Assembly (NCBI RefSeq): GCF_963921235.1
Contig: NC_086097.1
Location: 10,044,001-10,108,000 of the forward strand
Direction of reading: 5' to 3'
Length of the DNA stretch: 64,000 nt
From: Mobula hypostoma
Taxonomy: Eukaryota
The notes beneath the pieces were generated by a model. The model worked only from the letters and a program-made list of their open reading frames with translations, had not been told where the DNA came from and did not search any database. A program made the translations under genes and the position numbers. This document shows, one piece after another, positions 62,265 through 64,000 of the stretch; the stretch's first letter is position 1; every line of letters starts with the position of its first letter.

Positions 62265-63730
62265 GATGGCTGTCCGTTGTGTCCAATGATGAGAGAGAAC
62301 CTGTGCAGAAGAACTTATAAAGTGGAAAAGCTGTTACTCTGGGGCAGTTCCTCTCTCTCATCCTCGGATGTCCAGGTCCAGTGGTGTGAACAAACGTCAC
62401 AACTGAGGTCTTCCCTGGTTACAGAGGACGACCATGATTTCTCCTGTGCTTTGTCAAGCCCTTTGCTCTTCATGGAGCATTGCAAAGCCACCTTTGGATC
62501 TCATTTGTCCAGCCCGCTGGAGCTATCTTTGCTTACTCGACAAGCATGTCCCTGTCCTACTGGGGTTGAGGCCCACGAGATATCTTCACCTGGTTTAAGT
62601 CACATGACGCAGCTATGTACCATGGTATGGCCGTAGTCACATGCAAAAGGCTGCTTGGAGAGAGCTGAGTGTTTGGTGGGGACCAAAGGTGAGCGAGCTG
62701 CCCCAGGATTAACACAACAAGCCCATTCACAAGTGGTGCTACCCTCCCTAGACAACCCATACAACCCAAGGCATTCAGCTGGCATATAATTATATTATTA
62801 CCTAGAATTCGGATTTTACCTGTTTTTTGTGTTAGACTCATTCTGTAGTAGATCACTTGAATGCTCTTCTAAGATCGATGCTCTTCTAAGGGCTTATTCG
62901 CTCACTGGAGAACACCTGTGCATGACTTTGCTTAACATGGGGAGGAGATGTACGGACAGCCAGCCCACAGTCTTTGACCGATTGGGGTCATGGACAAGTG
63001 ACGTGGAACGCGAGATGACTGTGGACCCTTCACTGCTGCAGCCTTCCTCTGCCTTCACTCCCATTTTCATCATCTTTTGTCAGCCCAGCCGTTGAGCTTG
63101 GTTAGATAGCTCATTGTCTGGATGGTCCCTCTTGACCCTACCGTCCATGGGTGCACTACATCGAGCTAAGTTCCAGACAGCATCGCTCTCGGGATCTCAG
63201 GAACCCACAAACCTCTCCACCACAAGGTGATGATCCTTCAAGAAGAACTCAACATCCACGCCAACTCGGGTCTCCTTCAAAGTATCATGAAACTTACCAA
63301 AAAGGATATTTGGGATTTGGCTCAGTCCAGAGCAGTTGCTAACTTGTCGTACAGGAACAGCTTGCTCTCCACTAGACATTCAGCTCTCACCTGTGGCAAA
63401 TCGGCTAAACCAGGTGAGGGTAACCGGTGGCCTCATAGTCTGGTGAGATGGAGACATGCCTGTCCCAACATGTGAAGTAAGCTCCTGTAGACTGGGTGGA
63501 TGAGATGGCTGTACAATGCTTTGTGGAGAGTGAAGGGCATGATGAGGTACAGAAGACAAGCTAATTCACTGTAGCCAAGGAAGACCCCAGTTGGGGACAA
63601 CTACTCGTGCCACTAGTTCGGGACTTCCAAGATCAAGAGAGTGGAACTGCTCCAGTGCAACAGCTTTTTTCACTTTAGAAACTCTCCCACAGAGCTTTCT
63701 TGTCATCATCAGATATGACTGGCATCCAAT
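62265..63730. repeat. Two diverged inverted copies of an unclassified interspersed repeat (62265-62710 and 63290-63730)
   Basis: Reverse-complement blocks, e.g. aactgaggtcttccctggttacag vs ctgtagccaaggaagaccccagtt. Confidence 0.6.
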
Positions 63731-64000
63731 CACACTATGGCTGTAATGGAGAATAGGGAGGTTGTCGGTGAGAGAGAGAGAGAGCACCAAAACTAACCAA
63801 GTTCTAGCTAGTGAACTGAGTGCTAAGTCTTAGGAGGGGTGATACTATGGGAGGGAAGGGGAGGGATGTTAGAGGTTCACCACATTCCCACCATTGAACG
63901 TCCCTAGAGGGGTCATCTCAAAATGTCTCAGCACAGAATGGGAAGCCATGCACAGTGTCAGAAGACATGCCATGTCATAATAGGACTAATCAAAGCTGGC

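Overview
Repeat-dominated vertebrate genomic DNA; no intact host protein-coding gene is recognisable. The mix of V-domain tRNA SINEs (HE1-like), CR1/HER1-like LINEs, Rex1/Babar LINEs and GIY-YIG Penelope-like elements (PLEs) suggests a cartilaginous fish, probably a ray (inference). Almost all long ORFs are retroelement pieces or their antisense shadows. Main observations: (1) a decayed Ty1/Copia element of GalEa type, complete in outline (LTRs 39497-39692 and 50284-50485, order gag-PR-IN-RT-RH), inserted in a Rex1 LINE and carrying nested insertions; (2) four PLE insertions with the same inverted architecture and minimal hammerhead ribozyme motifs, two of them reduced to 200-250 bp palindromes; (3) a Gypsy gag-protease segment bounded by inverted rather than direct LTRs; (4) a frameshifted ~290 bp giantin/GOLGB1-like coding fragment between a CR1 tail and a BEL/Pao integrase piece; (5) a near full-length CR1 with esterase ORF1, several TSD-bounded solo LTRs, SINEs and Tc1-type MITEs. 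Family calls rest on motif recognition by eye, not database searches; boundaries of decayed repeats are approximate.
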